A stretch of DNA of 64,000 nt, taken from NCBI GenBank assembly GCA_000996035.1, contig LBYH01000002.1, positions 8,979 to 72,978 of the forward strand, written 5' to 3'. Position numbers and translations under genes: made by a program. The stretch is from Parcubacteria group bacterium GW2011_GWA2_40_143 (GTDB lineage: Bacteria > Patescibacteriota > Minisyncoccia > UBA9983). Below the pieces are notes generated by a model. The model worked only from the letters and a program-made list of their open reading frames with translations, did no database searches and was not told the DNA's origin. Each line of letters opens with the position of its first letter. Position 1 is the first letter of the stretch. This document shows positions 28,930-37,149 of the stretch, in pieces.

Positions 28930-30159
28930 TTATACACTTAACTCTTCTCTCGCCACCGTGGCATCGTCCCACGGTTCTTTGGCGCCGTTTGACCCCATTA
29001 TGTATGGGTCGGTGCCTTTGCCGGTAATTATAACGGCTGGATTTTGGCTGTTGTTTTTAGCCAATTTAGTTATTTTTATAGCCTCTCTTATAGCTTCCCG
29101 CCTATCCATAATTATTTTGGCGCACTTACTGGTAATGCCTTCTTTCATCTCATTTACTATTTTAACAGGATCTTCATCATAAGGATCTTCGTTTGTAAGG
29201 ATGATCTCCGCGCAATACTTACCGGCAATCTCTCCCATTACCTTGCGCTTCCAAGTGTCTCGACCGCCACCCGTATTGCCTAAAACGCAAACAAGTTCAT
29301 GCCGACTCGCTAAGGATTTATATGCCGCTTCCAATGAATCCGGCGTGTGAGCATAATCTATATAAACAGGAAATGCCCCCTCTTCATTTACATTTTCCAT
29401 TCTGCCACGCACGCCTTTAAACTTATCCAAAGCTTTTTGGATTACTTCCTTGTTCAATCCCAAGCCTTCAGCCACGGTGGCGGCGGCAAGCGCGTTGTAA
29501 ATATTAAACTCCCCGATAAGATATGGGACTTTATAGCCCTTGGTGTCGCTCAAAGAATATGCCAACTTCTTATCGGCCGAGACGCTCAAAAAACTTTCCG
29601 CCTCTTTATCATCTTTATTTACCACTAAGACACGCGGTCTTTTGCTTGAACGAGCAAGGGTTCTGGCAATGCTCAGTTTGGCTTGTTTGTATTTCTCATA
29701 AGAACCGTGGCTTTCAATATGCTCCGGTGCCAAATTGGTAAAGATGAGAGCATCCATAGAAATAAATCTCTGGCGAAATTGCTTGGCGCCTTCCGAGGTC
29801 ATTTCCACAATCGTATAATCACATTTATCTCTTACCGCTTTTCTTAAAAACTTTTGGACAAATAGCCGCCCGGGCATAGTCATTTTGAAAAGATTACGTT
29901 CATCCTTATCCCCTATTTTAAAACGCAAAGTGCCTAAAATGGCTGTTTTATAGCCGGCTTCTTCCAAAATGGCATTTACCAGTTCCGCCACCGTAGTTTT
30001 ACCTTTAGTGCCGGTTACACCTATTATTTTAATTTTACGAGAAGGAAAGCCGTAAATCAGCGCGGCTAAAAAGGCCAGAGCGAGATGATAAACCGGCTGA
30101 AAAAATTCAAAAACCGTCTTGGGGATTATTTTGCGGCCAATATTTAGAAGGCTTTCCAT
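28930..30159 (-). CDS. Mur ligase family protein (MurE/MurT-like) with a short N-terminal region
   Basis: 409 aa; 'IIGVTGTKGKTT', 'MTSEGAKQFR', 'FTNLAPEHIESHGSYEKYKQAK', 'YIDYAHTPDSLEAAYKSL'. Confidence 0.65.
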   Translation of the reverse strand: MESLLNIGRKIIPKTVFEFFQPVYHLALAFLAALIYGFPSRKIKIIGVTGTKGKTTVAELVNAILEEAGYKTAILGTLRFKIGDKDERNLFKMTMPGRLFVQKFLRKAVRDKCDYTIVEMTSEGAKQFRQRFISMDALIFTNLAPEHIESHGSYEKYKQAKLSIARTLARSSKRPRVLVVNKDDKEAESFLSVSADKKLAYSLSDTKGYKVPYLIGEFNIYNALAAATVAEGLGLNKEVIQKALDKFKGVRGRMENVNEEGAFPVYIDYAHTPDSLEAAYKSLASRHELVCVLGNTGGGRDTWKRKVMGEIAGKYCAEIILTNEDPYDEDPVKIVNEMKEGITSKCAKIIMDRREAIREAIKITKLAKNNSQNPAVIITGKGTDPYIMGSNGAKEPWDDATVAREELSV

Positions 30160-30271
30160 TTTTTTCTACCATATACTTAAACTCTCTTTAAACTTATTAG
30201 AAATTTTGATTTCGTGGGTATGTTTTAAAGCAATTTAATAAATTCCTCGGTTGTTAAACCTGATTGCAAAT

Positions 30272-30520
30272 TTAGCAAGAAACTTCGGCTGGAATTTTGG
30301 TGATAATGACTTTATTGGATTCAAAAGGAATTTCTTGTTTCAATTCTTTAAGAACTTCCAAACACCCTTCAATGGCGTCCTTGGCCATTATCTCAGCTTC
30401 TTCAAATGTTTCTCCTTGTGTCACACAACATGGAATAGCCGGGATATAAACAATATACCCACCTTCTTCAGCTGGTTCAAATATAGCCGTAAAATTGTAG
30501 ATTTTTTTAACTTTTTTCAT
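30272..30520 (-). CDS. hicB: HicB-like antitoxin (UPF0150/YcfA partner family), orphan
   Basis: 82 aa; 'IYNFTAIFEPAEEGGYIVYIPAIPCCVTQGETFEEAEIMAKDAIEGCLE'. No hicA ORF in any frame within 300 nt on either side. Confidence 0.65.
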   Translation of the reverse strand: MKKVKKIYNFTAIFEPAEEGGYIVYIPAIPCCVTQGETFEEAEIMAKDAIEGCLEVLKELKQEIPFESNKVIITKIPAEVSC

Positions 30521-30608
30521 ATTGCTATTTTAGCACGAAATGATTTTTTTTCATTATTTTCATGCCTATCACTATCAGCGATTTCTGCTTCGCAGAATCG
30601 GGCACATT

Positions 30609-30660
30609 GCAAAGCAGTTTGCCTGCTCATCCCTTGCTACGCTGCGGGATGGGAGAATCG
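30609..30660. repeat. 52-bp direct repeat of the tRNA-Gly 3' end plus downstream flank (att-like scar); the second copy is at 30726-30777
   Basis: GCAAAGCAGTTTGCCTGCTCATCCCTTGCTACGCTGCGGGATGGGAGAATCG occurs twice 117 bp apart. Copy B continues into the intact tRNA; copy A diverges exactly after ...GAGAATCG (the T-arm). Confidence 0.6.
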
Positions 30661-30759
30661 CCTATTGCATAGGCAGGCTGTTTTTGGCCTTACGGCAACA
30701 AAAACACTTTCGATTCTCCACGCAGGCAAAGCAGTTTGCCTGCTCATCCCTTGCTACGC

Positions 30760-30830
30760 TGCGGGATGGGAGAATCGAACTCCCGACCTCGGTTTGGAAA
30801 ACCGATATTATACCATTTAACTAATCCCGC
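30760..30830 (-). tRNA. tRNA-Gly (anticodon UCC), no encoded CCA
   Basis: Cloverleaf read by hand: acceptor GCGGGAT/ATCCCGC, anticodon stem TCGGT/ACCGA, loop TTTCCAA, T-arm GGGAG-TTCGATT-CTCCC. Confidence 0.8.
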
Positions 30831-30900
30831 TTATTTTACAATCCAAATATTATATCTTGAATTTTAAAGCAAAAATTAAATAAAAACAACCACGCAAAAG

Positions 30901-30936
30901 AAAAACCCCTTAATAATTTATATAAGGGGGTTTTCT
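30901..30936 (-). terminator. Bidirectional intrinsic terminator (AAAAACCCC...GGGGGTTTT)
   Basis: G/C stem flanked by A5 and T4-5, immediately downstream of the small Cys-rich ORF on the minus strand. Confidence 0.5.
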
Positions 30937-30949
30937 TAATTAGTCTTGT

Positions 30950-31096
30950 TTAGTTGCAACCGCCGCAAACTCCACAAGCGTCATCTTGGCTACTACTAGC
31001 AGGCTCTTCGCCTGTGGCAGCTCCTTCAGAAGAAGCTTCTCCTCCTTCTGTTGTTTCTGCTCCGGTAGCTTCTGTGTTTATGTTTTGATCTTCCAT
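30950..31096 (-). CDS. Small acidic peptide with a C-terminal Cys motif (MEDQNINTEATGAETTEGGEASSEGAATGEEPASSSQDDACGVCGGCN)
   Basis: 48 codons, has its own terminator, absent from the ORF track (<60 aa). No strong Shine-Dalgarno sequence. Confidence 0.3.
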   Translation of the reverse strand: MEDQNINTEATGAETTEGGEASSEGAATGEEPASSSQDDACGVCGGCN

Positions 31097-31237
31097 TTTA
31101 TTGTTTTTAGCCTTATAAATCCGAATCCTGCCAAAGCAGGATGAGATAATTTAAAGCCGTTTAAATTAAAGCTTTCAATGACGACCTTTTCTACCTTAGT
31201 ATTTATATTATATTCATAAAGACAAAAATGTCAAGGT

Positions 31238-31308
31238 TCGGGCTGCTGGGAATTGAACCCAGTCTACCTGCTCCCAAAGCAGGCGTACTACCGGTATACG
31301 ACAGCCCG
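31238..31308 (-). tRNA. tRNA-Pro (anticodon UGG), no encoded CCA
   Basis: Acceptor CGGGCTG/CAGCCCG (C1-G72, typical of bacterial tRNA-Pro), anticodon stem CCTGC/GCAGG, loop TTTGGGA, T-arm CTGGG-TTCAATT-CCCAG. Confidence 0.75.
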
Positions 31309-31390
31309 CTACAATTTGGCATAATGCCAATAACACAATATCTACTCTACTATATTTAAGACATAATAACCAGCGCATCGTGTTTACTCA

Positions 31391-31765
31391 TCAAAAAACA
31401 TTCTCTGTTATTCTAAATTTAACCTTTCTTTCTTTAAGATTGGCAAAAACAGCGATTACATCTATTTGCCACTCTGTTTCATGTGCAACATTATTTTCCA
31501 TCAGATATGTCTCTATCGCTCGATGTAATCTTTTAATTTTCCAAGGATGAACGTTTTCTTCCGGCATGTAACCATTCTCTTGAGTTTCATATGAAACAGT
31601 TTTAACTTCCACAAAATGAATTGTTTTGTCTTTTTTAGCCACAATATCTATTTCGCCCCATTTTTTACGATAATTAAGGCTTAAAATATTAAACTTTTGT
31701 TTCATAAGAAACTTTTTAGCCATTTTTTCTCCCATGGCTCCGAGCTTTTGTTTTTCGGTTTGCAT
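31391..31765 (-). CDS. yraN: YraN/UPF0102-family endonuclease
   Basis: 124 aa; 'GAMGEKMAKKFL...GEIDIVAKKDKTIHFVEVKTVS'. Confidence 0.8.
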   Translation of the reverse strand: MQTEKQKLGAMGEKMAKKFLMKQKFNILSLNYRKKWGEIDIVAKKDKTIHFVEVKTVSYETQENGYMPEENVHPWKIKRLHRAIETYLMENNVAHETEWQIDVIAVFANLKERKVKFRITENVF

Positions 31766-32121
31766 AGTAATTTTAAACTATTTCTTAAGTAAAAAGTTGC
31801 ACGTGCAACTTTTTATGCTCTTATTTTACCTTTTATCCGATTGTTTCACTGCGTGTGAAACAATCGGATAAAAGGTTGTCATATGAAGAATATCTTTAAT
31901 TAAAAATTTAAATAAAGGCTCTAAATAAGGTTGTTTTTTCTTTTTTTATATTATAAAAGACGAACTATTAGATATTTTATGGTCACTTATTGGACACTCT
32001 ACAAACATCTAATGTACATAACCTGTGGATAGTGTGGATAACTTCTTTATTTTAAGCCTTTTCTAAAAGACGTTATTTCTAACAGACATACATATTTAAA
32101 GGACAAACTCGCTTCATTCGT

Positions 32122-32195
32122 GTGTCCTCGGAGGGACTCGAACCCCCAACAACAGGTTCGAAGCCTGTCATGATATCCATTTCACCACGAGGACA
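32122..32195 (-). tRNA. tRNA-Arg (anticodon UCG), no encoded CCA
   Basis: Acceptor GTCCTCG/CGAGGAC, anticodon stem ACAGG/CCTGT, loop CTTCGAA, T-arm GGGGG-TTCGAGT-CCCTC. End positions are +/-1 nt. Confidence 0.65.
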
Positions 32196-32250
32196 AAATA
32201 TTTTAATCTCCTACCATTTTAACATAAAAGTGCTAAAATAACAGGGAAGT

Positions 32251-33765
32251 ATGAAAGATAAAATAAAAGAGATCCCGGTAATAGTTACAGAGACACTCAC
32301 CGCGCTTACAAGCGCTGGCTTTGAAGCGTATCTGGTGGGTGGGTGCGTAAGAGATCTTCTTTTGGACATAAAGCCTAAAGACTGGGACGTTACCACTAAC
32401 GCCAATCCGGAAGAAATCCAAAAGCTTTATAAAAAAACAGTTTATGAAAATAAATATGGGACAGTTGGGGTTATAAATGAATCAGTAAAGGACATCACAC
32501 TAAGAGAGATCCAAATAACTCCGTATCGGACAGAAACAACATACTCAGACAAAAGAAGGCCGGATAATGTAGTTTTTACTACGGACATTAAAGATGACTT
32601 AAAAAGACGTGACTTCACTATAAATGCCATGGCTTTAAGTCTGCCTAATGTGTCCATTAACGAAAAATCTAAAGGACAAATTGGATATATTCTATTGGAC
32701 ATATTTAATGGACAAGAGGATTTAGCTCAAAAAATCATACGTACCGTAGGCAACCCGAAAGATAGGTTTAATGAAGATGCCCTTAGAATGCTCAGGGCGG
32801 TAAGGCTGGCCTCCGAGCTTGGCTTTAAAGTTTCTCATGAAACAGAAAATGGGATTAAAGAGAACGCTAAGCATATTAAAGAAATCGCCCCTGAAAGAAT
32901 TAAGGACGAGCTGGCAAAAATCATAATGAGTTTTAGAGCCGGCGAGGGGATAAGGATGATGCAATATTACGGCTTGCTTGAATATATAATGCCTGAGCTG
33001 GAAGAGGGTATTGGCATAGAACAAAATAAGGCTCATAAGTTTACCGTATGGGATCACAACATAAAAGCTCTGGAGCACGCAGCCTCTAAAGAAAATTGGC
33101 CTCTTGAAATACGCATGGCGGCGCTTCTGCACGACGTGGGTAAACCAAAATCCAGACGCTGGAGCGAAGAAAAAGGGGATTGGACTTTCTACGGTCATGA
33201 TGTATTAGGCGCCAAGATGGCGACTAAGATGCTTGCTCGTTTGAAGTTTTCCAAAGATACCATTGATTTGGTGGCTAAATTCGTAAGACATCATCTTTTT
33301 TTCTCCGACACGGAAAAAATCACCCTCTCGGCCGTGAGACGCACAGTTAGAAACGTGGGCAAAGATCATGTATGGGATTTAATGAAAGTGCGTTTTGCGG
33401 ATAGAATAGGCATGGGTAGACCAAAGGAAACACCCTACCGGCTAAGGAAGTATGAAGCCATGATAGAAGAAGCAATGCGATCGCCGCTTTCCGTAACCGC
33501 TCTTAAAATAGGCGGCCAAGAGATAATGAAACTTATTAAAATCAATCCCGGGCCGAAAATAGGCTATATTCTGCATATTTTACTGGATGAAGTTCTAGAT
33601 GATCCTAAAAAAAATACTACGGAATATCTACAAAAAAGAACCATTGAACTCGGCGCTCTTGCGGATAAGGATCTGGAAAAACTCGCCAAACAAGCTAAGG
33701 ACAAGAAAAACGAGCTGGAACAAGCCGAAATCAAACAAATCCGCCAAAAATGGTGGGTGAAATGA
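32251..33765 (+). CDS. cca: CCA-adding tRNA nucleotidyltransferase with an HD domain
   Basis: 504 aa; 'GGCVRDLLLDIKPKDWDVTTNA', 'RRDFTINAMAL', HD motif 'LLHDVGKP'. Confidence 0.85.
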   Translation: MKDKIKEIPVIVTETLTALTSAGFEAYLVGGCVRDLLLDIKPKDWDVTTNANPEEIQKLYKKTVYENKYGTVGVINESVKDITLREIQITPYRTETTYSDKRRPDNVVFTTDIKDDLKRRDFTINAMALSLPNVSINEKSKGQIGYILLDIFNGQEDLAQKIIRTVGNPKDRFNEDALRMLRAVRLASELGFKVSHETENGIKENAKHIKEIAPERIKDELAKIIMSFRAGEGIRMMQYYGLLEYIMPELEEGIGIEQNKAHKFTVWDHNIKALEHAASKENWPLEIRMAALLHDVGKPKSRRWSEEKGDWTFYGHDVLGAKMATKMLARLKFSKDTIDLVAKFVRHHLFFSDTEKITLSAVRRTVRNVGKDHVWDLMKVRFADRIGMGRPKETPYRLRKYEAMIEEAMRSPLSVTALKIGGQEIMKLIKINPGPKIGYILHILLDEVLDDPKKNTTEYLQKRTIELGALADKDLEKLAKQAKDKKNELEQAEIKQIRQKWWVK

Positions 33766-33818
33766 GAAATTAAATAAGCCCGTTTGCCTCTAGAATATGC
33801 CTCAAATATACACCATCT

Positions 33819-34127
33819 TTATTTTCCTCCATAAATAAGTTCCGCTTCTTTAACAACTTTTTCTCTGAAAAATTTACTAATCGCTTCCGGCGTTAAAAGA
33901 TCAACTTTTTTGCCGACAAAATCGCTTAATCGCCTCTGGAGACGCACAAACTCAAAAAAACCTATTTTTGCCATTGGTTTAAACTCAACAAGTATGTCCA
34001 CATCGCTGTTGTTTCCCGCCTCGTCGCGCAAATAAGAGCCGAACAAAGAGACTTTTTCAATATTATTTTTTGCCGGGTCGTTTGATATGGCTTCCGATAT
34101 TTTCTTTTTTATTTCCTCTTTTTGCAT
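33819..34127 (-). CDS. Nucleotidyltransferase (MNT/Pol-beta superfamily), stand-alone
   Basis: 'LFGSYLRDEAGNNSDVDILVEF' GS..D.D motif. Start assumed at 'MQKEEIKK' (track ORF extends to 34187 into ung). No HEPN partner adjacent. Confidence 0.65.
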   Translation of the reverse strand: MQKEEIKKKISEAISNDPAKNNIEKVSLFGSYLRDEAGNNSDVDILVEFKPMAKIGFFEFVRLQRRLSDFVGKKVDLLTPEAISKFFREKVVKEAELIYGGK

Positions 34128-34173
34128 TGCTTGAATGATAACAAAAAAAACAGCTAAAACAAGGTGACTACAC

Positions 34174-34881
34174 TCACACCCACTCAATCGGCTTTTGGCC
34201 GGTTTTGAGAAGGTATTCGTTGGTTTTGGAGAAATGCTTGCAGCCGAAGAAGCCGGAATTGGCGGAGAAGGGAGAAGGGTGAGGGGCTTTAAGGATAAGG
34301 TGTTTGCTTCCGTCTATCAAACTTTCTTTTTCTTGAGCGAATTTACCCCAAAGAAGGAAAACGATATTTTCTCTTTTGTCGGAAAGTGCTTTAATGGCGG
34401 CATTGGTCAATTTTTCCCAGCCGAGATTGCGATGAGAAGCGGGAGAATTGGCGCGAACGGTAAGGATTACATTAAGAAGCAAAACACCCTGCGTTGCCCA
34501 GCCTTCCAGATTGCCATTTTGCCTTATCCAAGGACTGTCCTTGGATTTTTTTATACCCAAGTCGCTTTCTATTTCTTTAAATATATTTATAAGTGATGGT
34601 GGAGGGTTAACACCACTTGGCACTGAAAAAGACAATCCATGCGCTTGCCCTTGACCATGATATGGGTCCTGTCCAAGAATAACGACCTTAACTTTATCAA
34701 AAGGCGTGAGATTGAAAACGTTGAAAATCTGTTGGGGCGGGGGATAAACAATAATGCCGGACTCCAATTCCTCCGCCAGTTTCTTCTTCAACTCTTTCAT
34801 ATATTCCGCCCCAAATTCATCGGACAAGACCTTTTTCCAGCTTTCTTCAATTTGAGGGTTAAGTGAATTATCTGCTTGCAT
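34174..34881 (-). CDS. ung: Uracil-DNA glycosylase (family 1)
   Basis: 'KVVILGQDPYHGQGQAHGLSFSV', 'GVLLLNVILTV', 'HPSPFSA'. Confidence 0.9.
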   Translation of the reverse strand: MQADNSLNPQIEESWKKVLSDEFGAEYMKELKKKLAEELESGIIVYPPPQQIFNVFNLTPFDKVKVVILGQDPYHGQGQAHGLSFSVPSGVNPPPSLINIFKEIESDLGIKKSKDSPWIRQNGNLEGWATQGVLLLNVILTVRANSPASHRNLGWEKLTNAAIKALSDKRENIVFLLWGKFAQEKESLIDGSKHLILKAPHPSPFSANSGFFGCKHFSKTNEYLLKTGQKPIEWV

Positions 34882-34938
34882 ATCAGTAGTTTATCAGCAT
34901 AAATACGTATGGGCAAAGATATTTTTAACTCAAAATGC

Positions 34939-34967
34939 TTGACATTATTATAATAATGGTATATACT
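34939..34967 (+). promoter_or_regulatory. Sigma-70-like promoter TTGACA-17-TATACT, followed by a 6-bp inverted repeat ATGTAC-gttg-GTACAT (34980-34995)
   Basis: Consensus -35 with exact 17-nt spacing upstream of the pentapeptide-repeat gene; the small palindrome sits between the promoter and the RBS. Confidence 0.45.
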
Positions 34968-35036
34968 ATAATAATAAAAATGTACGTTGGTACATTAAAA
35001 ATTAAATAAAAAACTTTTAAAAAGGAGGTCAGCAAA

Positions 35037-35723
35037 ATGGAAAAAGTTAGCCAATCGGAATTTTTAGAAAGACTAGATGGCGGCCAAGAGAATTTTAAGA
35101 ATTTTGTATTTGAAGATTTAGTTTTGAAAGACATTACCATAAGAAACAACATTGACTTTAGTGGGTCAAAGTTTATTACCGTTAAATTAGAAAGAATGAA
35201 ATTTGAAAAACCTGTTAATTTTACAAATTGTGAATTTGAATACGGTTTTGACATTGATAGCGCTGAATTTTTTGATAAAGTGATTTTTCGTAAGACTGTA
35301 TTCCCAGATTCTTGTTTCTTGGATATTACTGAGGTTAGATTTCACGATGATGTTTTTTTTAATCAAGCTATCCTAGCAGGCGGTGTTTCATTTTTTGAGA
35401 CTTCTTTTGAAGGTTCGTTGTCGTTTAAAGATGCATTAATATCTCCTCTTTTCCACATTCGAAATTCTTCTGTGAGACATCTAAGTTTTGATTTGACTGC
35501 ATATGAAGATGGCGATGATTCTGACTTAGAAATTAGTTTTGAGGGTACAAAATTTGAAGGATTCTTAGAGATGAGTTTTAAAAATAATCCCAGAAAAATA
35601 GTGTGCTCCATTGAAAACGCAAGGATTATCCATTGTGCCGCGCCAACAATTCCGCTTGTGGTAAATTACGGCGCTGAAGACGAAAAAAGAAGTATTTATG
35701 ATAGCATGTTTTTTACTTTTTAA
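35037..35723 (+). CDS. Pentapeptide-repeat-like protein
   Basis: 228 aa; F/L recurring with 5-residue periodicity ('NFKNFVFEDLVLKDITIRNNIDFSGSKFITVKLERMKFEKPVNFTNCEFEYGFDIDSAEFF'). Strong RBS 'AAAGGAGGT'. Confidence 0.5.
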   Translation: MEKVSQSEFLERLDGGQENFKNFVFEDLVLKDITIRNNIDFSGSKFITVKLERMKFEKPVNFTNCEFEYGFDIDSAEFFDKVIFRKTVFPDSCFLDITEVRFHDDVFFNQAILAGGVSFFETSFEGSLSFKDALISPLFHIRNSSVRHLSFDLTAYEDGDDSDLEISFEGTKFEGFLEMSFKNNPRKIVCSIENARIIHCAAPTIPLVVNYGAEDEKRSIYDSMFFTF

Positions 35724-35772
35724 TTTAATCACTCATGCTAAAGCCAAGCAGCGCAAACTGTTTGGCTTTTTT

Positions 35773-36864
35773 TTATTTCCTACCTTTTCCATGGAAATTT
35801 TTATGCACATCGCGGAGTTGTTTGTCGGTGATGTGGGTGTAAATCTGGGTGGTGGAGATGCTGGAGTGGCCAAGCATGGTTTGCACCGCACGGATGTCGG
35901 CGCCATTGCCCAGCAGATCCGTGGCAAAGCAATGACGGATAACGTGCGGGGTAACCTTCTTGGAAATACCGGCTTTAATGGCATAACCTTTGATAATCCT
36001 TTCCACCGATCGGGGGGTAAGACGGGAAGAAGGAGTAAGAAAGTTAGTCCCCGTAGGATTTCCCTTATTGTCCGTCCTTAAGGGGAAAACTTTCTTACTC
36101 CTGAATACCTCGCCGGATTTGGAAAGCTGGTTTCCTTGAGAACGGTCATGACGGGAAATTCTCCGGAAACCAGCTTTCCCGAATCTGGCTGACACAAACA
36201 GCGCGTCTTCCGTATCTGTTCTTTTATCTAAATAATTTTTAACCGCTTCCTTAGCACTATCCGACAAGAAAACAACCCTTATCTTGCCACCCTTACCTCT
36301 TATGGAAAATTCACCGGTTTTGGTTTCTTCCAATGTTTCTCTATTTAGAGAGCAAAGTTCGGACACGCGCAAGCCGGTAGAGAAAAGCAGCTCAAGGATG
36401 GCCTTATCGCGCAAACTTCTTAAGTGATTATCGCTTCGGATGGAGGGAGAAAAAGATGCCTCCGTAGAATTTCCCGTCTTAAGCGGCGCGTCCAACAAGC
36501 GCGCCAGTTCTTCCGGCGTTATCAGATCCAAATCGCGCTCCGGCACCTTGGCCAACTCAATCCGCTCAGGCGCGAGCGATTCAATGCCACGTCTGGCCAT
36601 ATATTTAAGAAAGACTCGCAAGGCGATAAGATGATAATTTTGTGTCTTTCTGCTTATCTGTTCGCCGCCCGCTGTTTGAGAACGGTTTAAACGCATTCTG
36701 AATTTACGCACAATGTCGTCTGTAATTTGAGAAGGGGAATTTATCTTTGAGAATTCTAAAAACTTTTTAAGATACCTGTCATAATTTTCAATAGTCTTAA
36801 CGCTTCGCCCTTTTTCCACTTCCAGATATTCTAAAAATTCTCTATGTAGATTATTGATGTTCAT
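35773..36864 (-). CDS. xerD: Tyrosine recombinase XerC/XerD-like with an ~50-aa insertion before the catalytic C-terminus
   Basis: N-terminal 'LEYLEVEKGRSVKTIENYDRYLKKFLEF'; C-terminal 'HVIRHCFATDLLGNGADIRAVQTMLGHSSISTTQIYTH' (R...H..R...Y). Confidence 0.8.
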   Translation of the reverse strand: MNINNLHREFLEYLEVEKGRSVKTIENYDRYLKKFLEFSKINSPSQITDDIVRKFRMRLNRSQTAGGEQISRKTQNYHLIALRVFLKYMARRGIESLAPERIELAKVPERDLDLITPEELARLLDAPLKTGNSTEASFSPSIRSDNHLRSLRDKAILELLFSTGLRVSELCSLNRETLEETKTGEFSIRGKGGKIRVVFLSDSAKEAVKNYLDKRTDTEDALFVSARFGKAGFRRISRHDRSQGNQLSKSGEVFRSKKVFPLRTDNKGNPTGTNFLTPSSRLTPRSVERIIKGYAIKAGISKKVTPHVIRHCFATDLLGNGADIRAVQTMLGHSSISTTQIYTHITDKQLRDVHKNFHGKGRK

Positions 36865-37090
36865 AAATACAATTATTATATCACCTTGAATTACGAAATA
36901 GTATTAAAAGAAGAATATTATATCATATCCAACATAAGGAAAAGGAAAATTCATTTCTCCCTCCCAGCCATAACTGGAAAGTCGTCCGAAATAAACTTCC
37001 CTTTTCCTTATGTAATTATTTCAACACGTCAGAAAATTATGAGTGCTGAGCAAATGATATTATTTCGTAATTCAAAGAACATCACAAAAG

Positions 37091-37124
37091 AAAACCTCAT
37101 CGCGCTTGGCAACGAGGTTTTCCA
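37091..37124 (-). terminator. Intrinsic terminator of hup (AAACCTC...GAGGTTT + T-run)
   Basis: Hairpin 30 nt after the hup stop, followed on the minus strand by TTTTCTTTTGT. Confidence 0.5.
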
Positions 37125-37149
37125 ACCTAGGTTTTTAAAATATAAAAGA

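Noticed and set aside
30609-30660. Second tRNA-Gly gene at direct-repeat copy A
   Set aside because: Only the last 17 nt of the tRNA are present. Upstream sequence (CCTATTGCATAGGCAGG…) does not continue into a T-arm, anticodon arm or D-arm, so it is a partial 3'-end copy rather than a gene.
30251-30824. ORFs 30251..30820 and 30540..30824 (+) spanning the tRNA-Gly / direct-repeat region
   Set aside because: They read through a tRNA gene and its 52-bp duplication on the wrong strand, and their repetitive 'protein' sequence (…KQFACSSLATLRDGRI… twice) simply reflects the DNA repeat.
36960-36990. RNase P RNA P4-like sequence 'GGAAAGTCGTCCG'
   Set aside because: It resembles the universal GGAAAGUCCGGGC only partially and lacks the rest of the conserved core, so this is most likely chance similarity inside the inverted-repeat element.
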